Below, one piece after another: positions 21,844-30,726 of a stretch of 64,000 nucleotides of DNA. Each line of letters begins with the position of its first letter. The stretch's first letter is position 1. The translations under genes were made by a program, and so were the position numbers. A model generated the notes under the pieces. It searched no databases, was not told where the DNA came from, and was given only the letters and a program-made list of their open reading frames with translations. The DNA comes from Blastocatellia bacterium (GTDB taxonomy: Bacteria; Acidobacteriota; Blastocatellia; RBC074): positions 2,230-66,229 of the forward strand of contig JAYVZE010000017.1 in NCBI GenBank assembly GCA_043783625.1, read 5' to 3'.

Positions 21844-22100
21844 AATCAGCAAAAAAAGTAGCCGGAATAGTTCTAATGGTTATCGGTATTTCCTTCTCGA
21901 TCATTAGTTTTCTAACGACACTTTTATCGGTCATAAAGTTTCAGAATGAAGTATCTATCGAGGGGCATGAGCCATTTTATTTAGGATATGTACTTGGATT
22001 GTTCGCGCCCGCTGTTTTTGGTGTGGGAGTAGCTGTGATCGGGTTTTTTTTGTATCGGTCTTCAACTAAAGTTAGTCGAGAAAAAGTAGAGCTTTCATGA
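21840..22100 (+). CDS. Small two-helix membrane protein (86 aa), translationally coupled to neighbours.
   Basis: ATGA overlap with the upstream gene and ATGA overlap with the downstream MFS gene. Two hydrophobic helices. Confidence 0.4.
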   Translation: MKSAKKVAGIVLMVIGISFSIISFLTTLLSVIKFQNEVSIEGHEPFYLGYVLGLFAPAVFGVGVAVIGFFLYRSSTKVSREKVELS

Positions 22101-23302
22101 ACAGACATTTACGCAACATCACATTCCTCTCACTCGGTCATGCCGTGTTGGATGCCTATTCAAGTTTTCTCATGCCGTTGCTTCCGATGCTGGCCTTGAA
22201 GCTTGATTTGACTCCGGCGCAAGTCGGTTGGCTGATTCCGACGATGATGATTACTTCGTCGTTATTCCAGCCGGTTTACGGACTAATTTCTGACCGATAT
22301 TTCAAGCGTGCCTTTGCCGTAGCGGGGCCGATTCTGGCAGCGATTTTTATTTCAAGTATTGGACTTGCCGGCAGTCTTCCCGCTTTGCTCGGATTGATTA
22401 TCGCGGGCGGCATTGGCATTGGTGCGTTTCACCCGCAAGGCGCAGCTCTCGCGCATCGGGCGGCGACGGATTGGAATCCGGCGCGGCAGGGTACGGTAAT
22501 GTCAATATTTTCGTCTTCAGGGACAGTTGGTTATGCGCTCGGTCCGTTGATGGCTTCGATGTGCGTTTTGTGGTTTGGATTGGAACACACTTCGTACACC
22601 ATGATTTTCGGAATTGTTGCGTCAGCCCTGCTCTGGATGTATTGCCCGGAATTAGAGCCGCGTATTAAAACGGAAGATTCACCTTCGCTGTTTGAATTGC
22701 TCAAAGCCGCGCGTGTCCCGCTGACGATTTTATATTTTGCTGTTGTCTTTCGTTCCGCCGTGTCCGTCAGCATCCAGAGTTATTTACCATTTTGGTTGCA
22801 GGAACATGGGCTGGAGATGAAAAGTTTCAGCCTGATTATTTCGGGCTTTATTTTGTTCGGAGGCATCGGCGGATTTTTCGGCGGAGCCTTGGCGGATCGC
22901 TTCGGGGCGCGTCGTGTTTCTATGGTTTCAGTGCTGCTTTCAACGCCGATTTTAGTGGCTGGGTTTTTGACGCACGGAGCTTTGAGCTATGCGCTGATTA
23001 TGTTCGGCGGAATGTGCTTGAATCTTCCGCTGCCGATTTCAGTCGTGATGGCGCAGCGTTTAGTCCCCGGCGGAGCGAGTACCGTATCGGCTTTAGTCAT
23101 GGGCTTTGCATGGGGCTTGGGGGCGTTAATGAATCCCATCACCGGAAAGCTCAGCGAATCTTTTGGCTTAACAAATGCGCTGGTCATCGTCGCAGTTGTT
23201 CCGTTGATTTCGGCAGCTTTATTCTGGTGTTTTCCGAAAGATAATGTGGCAATTCGCAAAAAACTCGAAGCCTCACAAGAAGCCTTCGCCAGTGGAGACT
23301 AG
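22097..23302 (+). CDS. MFS transporter.
   Basis: Twelve hydrophobic segments. The 'ISDRYFKR' loop 2-3 motif region is typical of the major facilitator superfamily. Confidence 0.75.
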   Translation: MNRHLRNITFLSLGHAVLDAYSSFLMPLLPMLALKLDLTPAQVGWLIPTMMITSSLFQPVYGLISDRYFKRAFAVAGPILAAIFISSIGLAGSLPALLGLIIAGGIGIGAFHPQGAALAHRAATDWNPARQGTVMSIFSSSGTVGYALGPLMASMCVLWFGLEHTSYTMIFGIVASALLWMYCPELEPRIKTEDSPSLFELLKAARVPLTILYFAVVFRSAVSVSIQSYLPFWLQEHGLEMKSFSLIISGFILFGGIGGFFGGALADRFGARRVSMVSVLLSTPILVAGFLTHGALSYALIMFGGMCLNLPLPISVVMAQRLVPGGASTVSALVMGFAWGLGALMNPITGKLSESFGLTNALVIVAVVPLISAALFWCFPKDNVAIRKKLEASQEAFASGD

Positions 23303-23365
23303 GCGAAAGGATGAGTTTTTACTCATCACTCGTTACTCATCACTCATCACTTTTAGATAAACTTT

Positions 23366-24556
23366 ATGGCATTTTGGAATCGTAAAAAAAGCAGTGACTT
23401 CATTTCACTAAATCTCAGCGGCCCCGCCGAAGTTGAACCGGAAGCCAAGCCTGAATCCGCGCCAGTCGTCGCAGTTGAAAAAATTGTAGCTCCTGAACCG
23501 ACAAAATCTGAGCCTATAGCTTTTGCTCCACTGCCAACGCCGATTGAAACTGTTATAGCTCCAATCGCCGCGTCTCCAATTCCCCCCACTCTCCTTTCTC
23601 CAATCAACGAAGAAGAGGAACAAAAAGGATTCTTCCTCCGTTTCAAAAAAGCGGTTGCCAAAACGCGTGAGAATTTCACGGAACGGATTGAAGATGCTTT
23701 CAAAGGTAAAAAAGCAATTGATGCCGAGACGCTGGAGCAACTGGAAGAAATTTTGATTGGCGCAGACATCGGCGTGCAGACTACGATGGATATTATTGAG
23801 GACGTGCGCAAGCAGGTAGACCGTCAAACTTTGAAAGAGGTTGACGAACTCAAACAGGTCATCAAACAACATCTCATAAATATTCTGACGAAGGCGGCGA
23901 ATTCACGCGGCATCGCTTCTGAAACGGCGATTCCCGACAACATTCAGCCTTACGTGATGATGGTCGTAGGCGTCAACGGCGTCGGCAAAACGACGACAAT
24001 TGGGAAGCTGGCGCAGCGTATCAAAGCCGAAGGAAATTCTGTGGTGATTTGTGCGGCGGACACGTTTCGCGCTGCCGCTGCCGATCAATTAGAAATCTGG
24101 GCGAACCGCGCCGGAGTCCCGTTGATCCAGCAAAAACAAGGAACTGATCCGGCGGCGGTGCTCTACGATTCGCTCAAAGCTGCCAAAGCTCGCAACGCCG
24201 ATGTGTTAATTGTAGATACTGCGGGGCGGCTTCATAACAAACAAAACCTGATGGCAGAATTAGAAAAAATGAAGCGCGTCGCAGCTAAAGAAGTCCCCGG
24301 CGCACCGCACGAAGTCTTGTTAGTCATTGACGCCGTCACTGGACAAAACGGCTTGAGCCAGGCGCGAGAATTTTTGAAGGCCGCCCCCGTGACAGGACTC
24401 GTCCTGACGAAATTAGACGGCACAGCCAAAGGCGGAATTGCGGTAGCCATTGCGAAAGAATTGAACTTACCAATTCGCTATTGCGGTATTGGTGAACAGG
24501 CGGATGATTTGATTGTGTTTGATCCGCAGGTTTATGTGGATGGGTTGTTTGAGTGA
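23366..24556 (+). CDS. ftsY: Signal recognition particle receptor FtsY.
   Basis: Acidic/Pro-rich N-terminal region. '[19 protein letters not shown]', '[16 protein letters not shown]' and '[10 protein letters not shown]' are the SRP GTPase G1-G4 motifs. Confidence 0.9.
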   Translation: MAFWNRKKSSDFISLNLSGPAEVEPEAKPESAPVVAVEKIVAPEPTKSEPIAFAPLPTPIETVIAPIAASPIPPTLLSPINEEEEQKGFFLRFKKAVAKTRENFTERIEDAFKGKKAIDAETLEQLEEILIGADIGVQTTMDIIEDVRKQVDRQTLKEVDELKQVIKQHLINILTKAANSRGIASETAIPDNIQPYVMMVVGVNGVGKTTTIGKLAQRIKAEGNSVVICAADTFRAAAADQLEIWANRAGVPLIQQKQGTDPAAVLYDSLKAAKARNADVLIVDTAGRLHNKQNLMAELEKMKRVAAKEVPGAPHEVLLVIDAVTGQNGLSQAREFLKAAPVTGLVLTKLDGTAKGGIAVAIAKELNLPIRYCGIGEQADDLIVFDPQVYVDGLFE

Positions 24557-24580
24557 TAGAATTACCTCAAGGTGTGAATT

Positions 24581-24751
24581 ATGACTCTACAAGAAATCAT
24601 TGACGAAATTCCGAACCTTTCGAAGGACGAAATAATCATGGTAGGAGATGCCGTCGTAGAAAGTTTAATGTCGGCAGAAGAAGATTCCAGTCAGGTGTGT
24701 TTGGATTGGAAGAAAGTCAAAGAAGAATATCTTTTGGAGAAATATTCCTAA
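24581..24751 (+). CDS. Possible small ORF (56 aa, acidic).
   Basis: AAGGTG Shine-Dalgarno 7 nt upstream of the ATG. Below the ORF-track cutoff. Local low GC. Confidence 0.25.
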   Translation: MTLQEIIDEIPNLSKDEIIMVGDAVVESLMSAEEDSSQVCLDWKKVKEEYLLEKYS

Positions 24752-24793
24752 TTTGTTCCTCGACTTTATTGCCTTACCTATCATAACAAATCA

Positions 24794-25492
24794 ATGATTG
24801 CTTTCCTAAAAATTCGTGGATGGATGATTTTGCTGCTTAGTTGTTTGGTGATGATTGGATGCCAAAAGGCGCATGTTGCAGCCAATGAAAAGCCTTCTGT
24901 CGCAGTCGAATCGAATCCGCTTCCACAATCTTCAATCAAGCCAAGTTCGACACTCATTCCAAACTCGCCTATTCGTAATTTTGATTTTAAGAATTTCTCC
25001 TATCCTGAAGCCGTCTATGGATATTTAAGTCGAAAGAAAGGCATTGGCAATCTGGGACGTTCTCGTTATTTCTATAAGCTAGAAGATGGAGGAGAGCTTG
25101 AAATTAGAGACAAGTCAGGCTTGCTTAAAAATTCTCCTGCGTCATTATCCTCATTGGTGTATGAAGATTTGACGGGAGATTCTGAGCCGGAAGCACTGAT
25201 TGAGTTAAGTATTTTGACAGGTGGTTCCGCGATGGCAAATGAACTTTACGTTTATACTTGGAGTCATAAGCACCCGCAGAAAATATTTTCATTTTCAACT
25301 GGCGACCGCGCAGATGGCGGATTTCGCAAAATGTACGCTGAAAATGGAGATTTAATGATTGAACTCAATGCCGGAGATGAAAATGCTCCTGATTGTGATG
25401 GCTGTCAATCTACAAGATTAATGCGAATTCGATATAAATGGGACGGGCGAAAATTTGTGAAAGTGAATCAAGAACTATTACCTATACGATGA
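24794..25492 (+). CDS. Hypothetical lipoprotein.
   Basis: Signal with lipobox-like 'LVMIGC'. Low-GC gene. ATGA overlap with ribD. Confidence 0.5.
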   Translation: MIAFLKIRGWMILLLSCLVMIGCQKAHVAANEKPSVAVESNPLPQSSIKPSSTLIPNSPIRNFDFKNFSYPEAVYGYLSRKKGIGNLGRSRYFYKLEDGGELEIRDKSGLLKNSPASLSSLVYEDLTGDSEPEALIELSILTGGSAMANELYVYTWSHKHPQKIFSFSTGDRADGGFRKMYAENGDLMIELNAGDENAPDCDGCQSTRLMRIRYKWDGRKFVKVNQELLPIR

Positions 25493-26661
25493 CCGACATC
25501 GAATACATCAACCAAACATTACAGCTCGCCGCGCAAGGCAAAAGCTTAGTCTCTCCTAACCCACTGGTCGGCTCCGTCGTCGTCAAGGACGGCGAAATTA
25601 TCGGGCGTGGGTTTCATCGCTACGATGATTTCAAGCACGCCGAAGTGTGGGCTTTGGAAGAGGCGGGAGACAGCGCGAAAGGCGCGACGATTTATGTCAA
25701 TCTGGAGCCGTGTTCGCACCATGGAAATGGCAAGCGGACTCCGCCTTGTGTGGAAGCGATAATAAAATCAGGCGTACGACGCGTTGTCGCTTCGATGGTT
25801 GATCCGAATCCGAAAGTGAATGGGCGCGGCTTTGAAATGTTACGTGCGGCGGGTATCGAAGTTTCAGTTGGAGTGATGGAAAAAGAATCGCTCTTGCTCA
25901 ACGAAAAATTTGTCAAAGTGGCGCGGACTGGATTGCCGTTTGTCCATTTGAAAACGGCTTGCTCATTGGATGGCAGAATTGCGACACGAACAGGTGAGTC
26001 GCAGTGGATTACGGGTGAAGAATCACGTGCGGCTTCGCAGCAATTACGGGCTGAGTACGATGCAATTTTGGTGGGAATTAACACGGTACTCGCGGATGAT
26101 CCGTTGTTGACAGATCGTTCAGGAAATTCGCGCCATCGCCCATTAACACGAGTTGTGCTTGACGCTGCGCTGCGAATTCCACCGACTTCAAAGCTGGTGA
26201 AGACGGCGCGAGAATTTCCTTTGCTGGTATTTGCTGCCGACGATGAAATATTAGATGGCGGCGGCTTTGGCATTTATACCGATTGGGGAAACTCGATTGA
26301 CGAACGACAAAAGCTGATGAAAAGCCTCGGCGTTGAAGTTGTGCGTGTTCCTGTAAATGGCGGGCAATTACAATTAATAGAAGTACTGAGGGCGTTAACT
26401 GCGCACTCGTTGACAAGCGTCATTGTCGAGGGGGGAGCCGCTGTCGCGGGTTCATTTGTGGAGCAAAAGTTGATTGATAAAGTGACATTTTTTTTAGCTC
26501 CAAAAATCATTGGCGGTCTCGAAGCGAAGTCTGCGATTGGAGGCGAAGGCTTTGCGACGTTGAGCGACGCGCTGGAATTACGCGATTTGAAGTTGGCACC
26601 GCGCGGCAGAGATTTGGAAGTCACAGGTTATTACCGGGAGCGTCCGCATCTTGCGGGCTGA
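25489..26661 (+). CDS. ribD: Bifunctional riboflavin biosynthesis protein RibD (deaminase/reductase).
   Basis: '[11 protein letters not shown]' and '[16 protein letters not shown]' (CMP/dCMP deaminase zinc site), followed by a RibD reductase C-domain. Confidence 0.85.
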   Translation: MTDIEYINQTLQLAAQGKSLVSPNPLVGSVVVKDGEIIGRGFHRYDDFKHAEVWALEEAGDSAKGATIYVNLEPCSHHGNGKRTPPCVEAIIKSGVRRVVASMVDPNPKVNGRGFEMLRAAGIEVSVGVMEKESLLLNEKFVKVARTGLPFVHLKTACSLDGRIATRTGESQWITGEESRAASQQLRAEYDAILVGINTVLADDPLLTDRSGNSRHRPLTRVVLDAALRIPPTSKLVKTAREFPLLVFAADDEILDGGGFGIYTDWGNSIDERQKLMKSLGVEVVRVPVNGGQLQLIEVLRALTAHSLTSVIVEGGAAVAGSFVEQKLIDKVTFFLAPKIIGGLEAKSAIGGEGFATLSDALELRDLKLAPRGRDLEVTGYYRERPHLAG

Positions 26662-26709
26662 GGCGTGGCGACAAAATTAACTGCGATGAAACTGTAACTT
26701 ATGCCAGGT

Positions 26710-26737
26710 TTCGCCCGCAGGATGCGGGCGCTCCCAG
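26710..26737. repeat. REP family 2 unit (TTCGCCCGCAGGATGCGGGCGCTCCCAG).
   Basis: Near-identical to 980-1010. Internal palindrome GCCCGCAGGATGCGGGC. Confidence 0.6.
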
Positions 26738-26845
26738 GGCTAGAGCTCCCAGTTGAGAAAAAATATGAGTCGTTATCGCGGTCGCTGGGAAACTTTCTGA
26801 GAAATCGCCGTCAAGGGCGGGCCTCCCGTGCGGGGGCGAAAGTTA

Positions 26846-27265
26846 ATGGCTTGGCAATTGCCGGCAATGATGGCGAATGTAAAAAATTACTCGACGGAAA
26901 AACCGGTCGGGTCAATGGTTCCGTGGGCGCAAACGCAACTGCTACAAGCGACGCAGCAGGCTTTGGCGGCGGTGGCGAATGATGTCGCAAATGGTATCAA
27001 GGAAACGGTAGGATTGAAGAGCAAATGGGGAACTGAGTCGCTTGAAAATGATCGTTGTTCGGTAATTCTTGAATTGCCTGAAGAAGCCGATCCTGAATTT
27101 ATCGCGCAGGCGATTGACCTCGAAAATGTTGAAGCCTGGTGCGATGAAAATAAAAAAGTCCACGTCGCCATCGGCCCGTGGTATTCGACGAAAGATGTAG
27201 ATCAAGTTGTCTTGTCCGTGACCAAAGTTGTGCATGTCTTGCTGGGGATGCATGCGCCAGTTTAG
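26846..27265 (+). CDS. Hypothetical protein (139 aa). It may be a stand-alone fragment resembling the C-terminal small domain of fold-type-I PLP enzymes.
   Basis: ORF with ATG at 26846. The tail 'VHVAIGPWYSTKDVDQVVLSV' resembles the terminal strand-helix of class V aminotransferase-like proteins. Weak. Confidence 0.3.
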   Translation: MAWQLPAMMANVKNYSTEKPVGSMVPWAQTQLLQATQQALAAVANDVANGIKETVGLKSKWGTESLENDRCSVILELPEEADPEFIAQAIDLENVEAWCDENKKVHVAIGPWYSTKDVDQVVLSVTKVVHVLLGMHAPV

Positions 27266-27274
27266 AATAAAATT

Positions 27275-27517
27275 ATGCCGACGGTGCTGAGACAAGATGG
27301 GTTCAGGTTTCAAGTTTTTACGGACGATCATCCTCCTGCGCATCTTCATATTTTTAAAGCAGGGGCTGAATTGGTGATAAATTTAGGCGATGAAAATCTC
27401 AAACCATGGATTCGGGAGAACAAAGGAATGAGCAGAAAAGATAGCGATAAAGCATTGCTGATCGTGCTGCAAAATCAAGAAACCCTCTTAGAACAATGGG
27501 AGAATATACATGGCTAA
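27275..27517 (+). CDS. DUF4160 family protein.
   Basis: 'MPTVLRQDGFRFQVFTDDHPPAHLHIFKAGAELVINL' matches the conserved DUF4160 N-terminus (MPTV.R..GF.F.....H.P.H.H). Confidence 0.7.
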   Translation: MPTVLRQDGFRFQVFTDDHPPAHLHIFKAGAELVINLGDENLKPWIRENKGMSRKDSDKALLIVLQNQETLLEQWENIHG

Positions 27518-27947
27518 AATTATCAAATCTAAGAAATGGGAATACTCCGCAGAAGAATTAGAAATGATGTATGAGACCGCTACGCGGCGAGGTGAGGAAG
27601 CTTTAAAAACTGAAAAGCAAGCGCAAGCCGTCCGCTACGATCACGCGACACATCGGATTATTCTCGAACTGAAAAATGGTATTACGATGTTACTCCCATG
27701 TGATTTAATGCAAGGCATTGCTGATGCTGCGCCAGATGAAATTGCGGAAGTGAAATTAGGCGCACGCGGAGCTTCCTTGCATTGGGAAAAATTGGATCAG
27801 GATTTCAGTGTGAATGGATTAGTGAACGGTATTTTCGGCACGAAGAAATGGATGGAAAATTTAATAACGAAGAACTTAAATCTCTCAAATTCGACTACCG
27901 CAGAAACGCATCGTCAAGCTGGGACTGACCAGAAAAAGGTTGCGTAA
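27510..27947 (+). CDS. DUF2442 family protein.
   Basis: Core 'VRYDHATHRIILELKNGITMLLPCDLMQGIADAAPDEIAEVKLGARGASLHWEKLDQDFSVNGL' fits the DUF2442 pattern. It overlaps the DUF4160 gene by 8 nt. Confidence 0.6.
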   Translation: MAKIIKSKKWEYSAEELEMMYETATRRGEEALKTEKQAQAVRYDHATHRIILELKNGITMLLPCDLMQGIADAAPDEIAEVKLGARGASLHWEKLDQDFSVNGLVNGIFGTKKWMENLITKNLNLSNSTTAETHRQAGTDQKKVA

Positions 27948-28772
27948 ATGCACGCCAAAAAATCTCTCGGACAAAATTTCTTAGTCGGCGATCATTATCC
28001 AAAACGGATCGTCGCTTCTGTTGCGCCCAAGCCCGATGAAACGATTCTTGAAATCGGTCCCGGACACGGGGCTTTGACAGAATTTTTAATCGCTTCGGGA
28101 GCGCGAGTCATCGCCATTGAACTGGATCGTGATTTGATTCCGAAATTGCGGGAGAAATTTTCCGCCGCAGAAAATTTTCAACTCGTCGAAGCCGATGCGC
28201 TGCGAGTGAAAATTTCTGAAATTATCAAACCTGCTACAACCGTTCGCGTGGTAGCGAATTTGCCGTACTACATTTCAACCGCCATTCTTCAGCATTTACT
28301 CACCGAGCGAACCTGCATCACAGACCTGACGTTGATGTTGCAAAGCGAAGTCGTGACTCGCCTCACCGCGACTCCGGGTGGTAGGGATTACGGTTATTTA
28401 TCGGCTCTCGTGCAGTTTTATTGTGAAGCACATAAATTATTTGATGTTCCGCCGGGAGCATTCCGACCGATTCCCAAAGTGACTTCGAGCATGATGAGGC
28501 TGCGCGTCCGCGAAAAGCCTGCGGCAGAAGTCAGTGATGAGAAATTTTTTGTCGCGCTCATCAGCTCACTGTTTGCACAGCGTCGCAAAACGATTTCCAA
28601 TAATTTGCGAGCGGCGCGAGGGAGATTGCATTTAGGAGATGATGAATCCATTTCTAATGCGTTAGCCGCAGCGGAGCTTGACGGTCGGCGGCGCGGCGAA
28701 ACATTATCGCTTCAGGAAATGGCGCAGCTCGCAGAAAATCTGCTCAAAATTTCAAGGCCGCAACAGAGTTGA
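27948..28772 (+). CDS. rsmA: 16S rRNA (adenine1518-N6/adenine1519-N6)-dimethyltransferase.
   Basis: '[19 protein letters not shown]...[15 protein letters not shown]' and '[11 protein letters not shown]' are KsgA/RsmA motifs. Confidence 0.9.
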   Translation: MHAKKSLGQNFLVGDHYPKRIVASVAPKPDETILEIGPGHGALTEFLIASGARVIAIELDRDLIPKLREKFSAAENFQLVEADALRVKISEIIKPATTVRVVANLPYYISTAILQHLLTERTCITDLTLMLQSEVVTRLTATPGGRDYGYLSALVQFYCEAHKLFDVPPGAFRPIPKVTSSMMRLRVREKPAAEVSDEKFFVALISSLFAQRRKTISNNLRAARGRLHLGDDESISNALAAAELDGRRRGETLSLQEMAQLAENLLKISRPQQS

Positions 28773-29146
28773 AAAGCGTGGCTCATTTCGGAGTGCATCA
28801 AAATACGGGTCTACTTTCAGCAATCCAACAAGAGATTCACGCGGCTTTTTCTGCTCTCCCAAGCCTGCATAATCACAGCTAAGTAATAAGCACTGATGAG
28901 CTTTTGATCGTTTTATGATTGGACACGAGCTGCAATTTTAGCTTCTGAAAATATGGGGGGATTTGCCAGACGTGGCAGGGGGGAATGTCGCGGGAGCTGT
29001 GGGATTAATGATGATGCCAAATATAAGACCCGCGTCGGAACAGATGTGAATACACTGGTGAATTAGCGGCTTCAGTTGCTAGATTTATCCAAATGAAACG
29101 CTAACAGAGTGAGGCGGGGGAGTACTATTTTGCACTCAGTATGACC

Positions 29147-29851
29147 TCACTCTGTCAACGCACCAGACACAGAAGACGCTGCCAGAAGCGTCTTCTGCGC
29201 ATGCTTTTGAGTCTTTTCATCCACCAGTCCCACACACTTGAGGATGCGACTCCCGAAGAATTCAGATGCCCTAGCATCAGGGTGATTGCTTTGAAAAATA
29301 GGCACCAGTATTTGCGGTAAGCGCCGGGGGGGCAAATACTGGTGTCTTTCAAAGCTTTCCCTGGCATAAGTTTTTGTAAGAGCAGAGATACCTACAAAAA
29401 TAATGCCAAAGAAGGCGCCTCTCATCTCCGCCCTATCATGGAAAAGGAGGCAATTACGGTACAAGTCAGGCTTGCATGGCGGCATCAATTGCTGCGCGTA
29501 AAGTGACAGCTTTGAAAACTCTGACTTTTTGATAAGGTTTCCAAAGATAAACCTGGAAACCGATCAAGCTTGATTCGATGCGAATAATCGAATCGGCACA
29601 AAAATCTAAACGCCGCTGATCTAGCTCAAGACTTTCGTCTACCAAAGCAATTCGTTGCTGACGCGCACATTCATCCATTTTGTAACTTCCTGAAAATCAA
29701 CATGCCTCACCATGCGAGCGACCTCGTGTCGGCTTGGCTGATTGAAATTCATCCCCCGCCTTGTAAATTTAATTGCTCGAGAAGCAGAGAGCATCATTCG
29801 AGATAAAGATTGTAGGCCTACTTTAAGAAAAAGGATGACAGATAATTCCAT
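29147..29851 (-). pseudogene. Possible decayed gene: three consecutive minus-strand ORFs in three different frames inside a low-GC non-coding stretch.
   Basis: ORFs 29639-29851, 29466-29678 and 29147-29488 abut or overlap with frame changes. No recognisable domain. The region 28773-30087 otherwise lacks a good gene. Confidence 0.2.
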
Positions 29852-30087
29852 GTCAACGCATTAAGCAACTTGTGAATACTTATAACCAAATGTTTAGAAA
29901 CGCAATAATCAATCTTTCTGTGTGAAGAGCATCCCAGCTATATTCGTAGCAAAAAAGCGATTCAACAGTGCAAATGCTGAGAAACTATAACGAAAATCAA
30001 GAGGTTTGAAAATCCGTAGTGCTCGGTATTTTGTCTAGGTATAAACTGGTATCCAAAGAGGTAGGAAAGATGGTATTTCTTGGGGGA

Positions 30088-30726
30088 TCAAACGTCATCA
30101 AGATGGGTAATGGCAAATTTCATCAGTGCATGGCTGCCGCGTATTTTTAGTTTTTCGTACATATTAGAGCGGTGTGTTTCAATGGTGCGTGGGCTGACAG
30201 AAATGGCGGCGGCAATTTCTTTTGTGGTTTTGTATTGGGCAATTAATTTCAGAATAGTGCGCTCAGTCGGAGTCAGACTTTCTACTTTTTGCACTGGTTT
30301 TGAGTCAGTCCCTCGGCGTATTAAATAAGAAGTCATGGCAGGGCTGATAAAAGGGTATCCGCTGCAAACGGTTTTGATCCCGGCGACGATGTCAGCCGGT
30401 GTACTGTCTTTCAAAATATAGCCTTGCGCCCCAACTTTGAGCGCTTTATTGAGAAAGCTTTCTTCCCGATAGACTGTCAGGAAAATAATCTTAATCGCAG
30501 GGAATTCTTTTTGTAAGACCTTAGCGACACTAAAGCCATCCAGCTTTGGCATGTTGATGTCGAGTACGATCACTTGCGGCTGAAGCTGTCGCGCCATTTC
30601 CAGTATTTCATTGCCATCCTGAGCCTCTGCCAGTAGCTCTATTTCAGGGGTTTCTTCGAGTTCTTGCCGTAATCCTTTGCGCACAATCGGATGATCGTCG
30701 GCGATTAAGATTTTACACTTACTCAT
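30088..30726 (-). CDS. NarL/LuxR-family response regulator.
   Basis: Receiver 'ILIADDHPIVRKGL ... VIVLDINMPKLDG' plus C-terminal LuxR-type HTH 'LTPTERTILKLIAQYKTTKEIAAAISVSPRTIETHRSNMYEKL'. Confidence 0.85.
   Translation of the reverse strand: MSKCKILIADDHPIVRKGLRQELEETPEIELLAEAQDGNEILEMARQLQPQVIVLDINMPKLDGFSVAKVLQKEFPAIKIIFLTVYREESFLNKALKVGAQGYILKDSTPADIVAGIKTVCSGYPFISPAMTSYLIRRGTDSKPVQKVESLTPTERTILKLIAQYKTTKEIAAAISVSPRTIETHRSNMYEKLKIRGSHALMKFAITHLDDV

Noticed and set aside
25692-26624. Two long minus-strand ORFs (193 and 116 aa) inside ribD.
   Set aside because: They are antisense to the conserved ribD frame. They are low-complexity and Ser/Ala-rich.
26701-26982. A 93-aa ORF beginning at the REP element after ribD.
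   Set aside because: It is composed largely of the palindromic repeat and Gly/Ala low complexity. It overlaps the better downstream ORF start.
28880-28925. A CTGATGAG motif that resembles a hammerhead ribozyme core.
   Set aside because: There is no matching CGAAAC partner with appropriate helices nearby, so it is probably chance.
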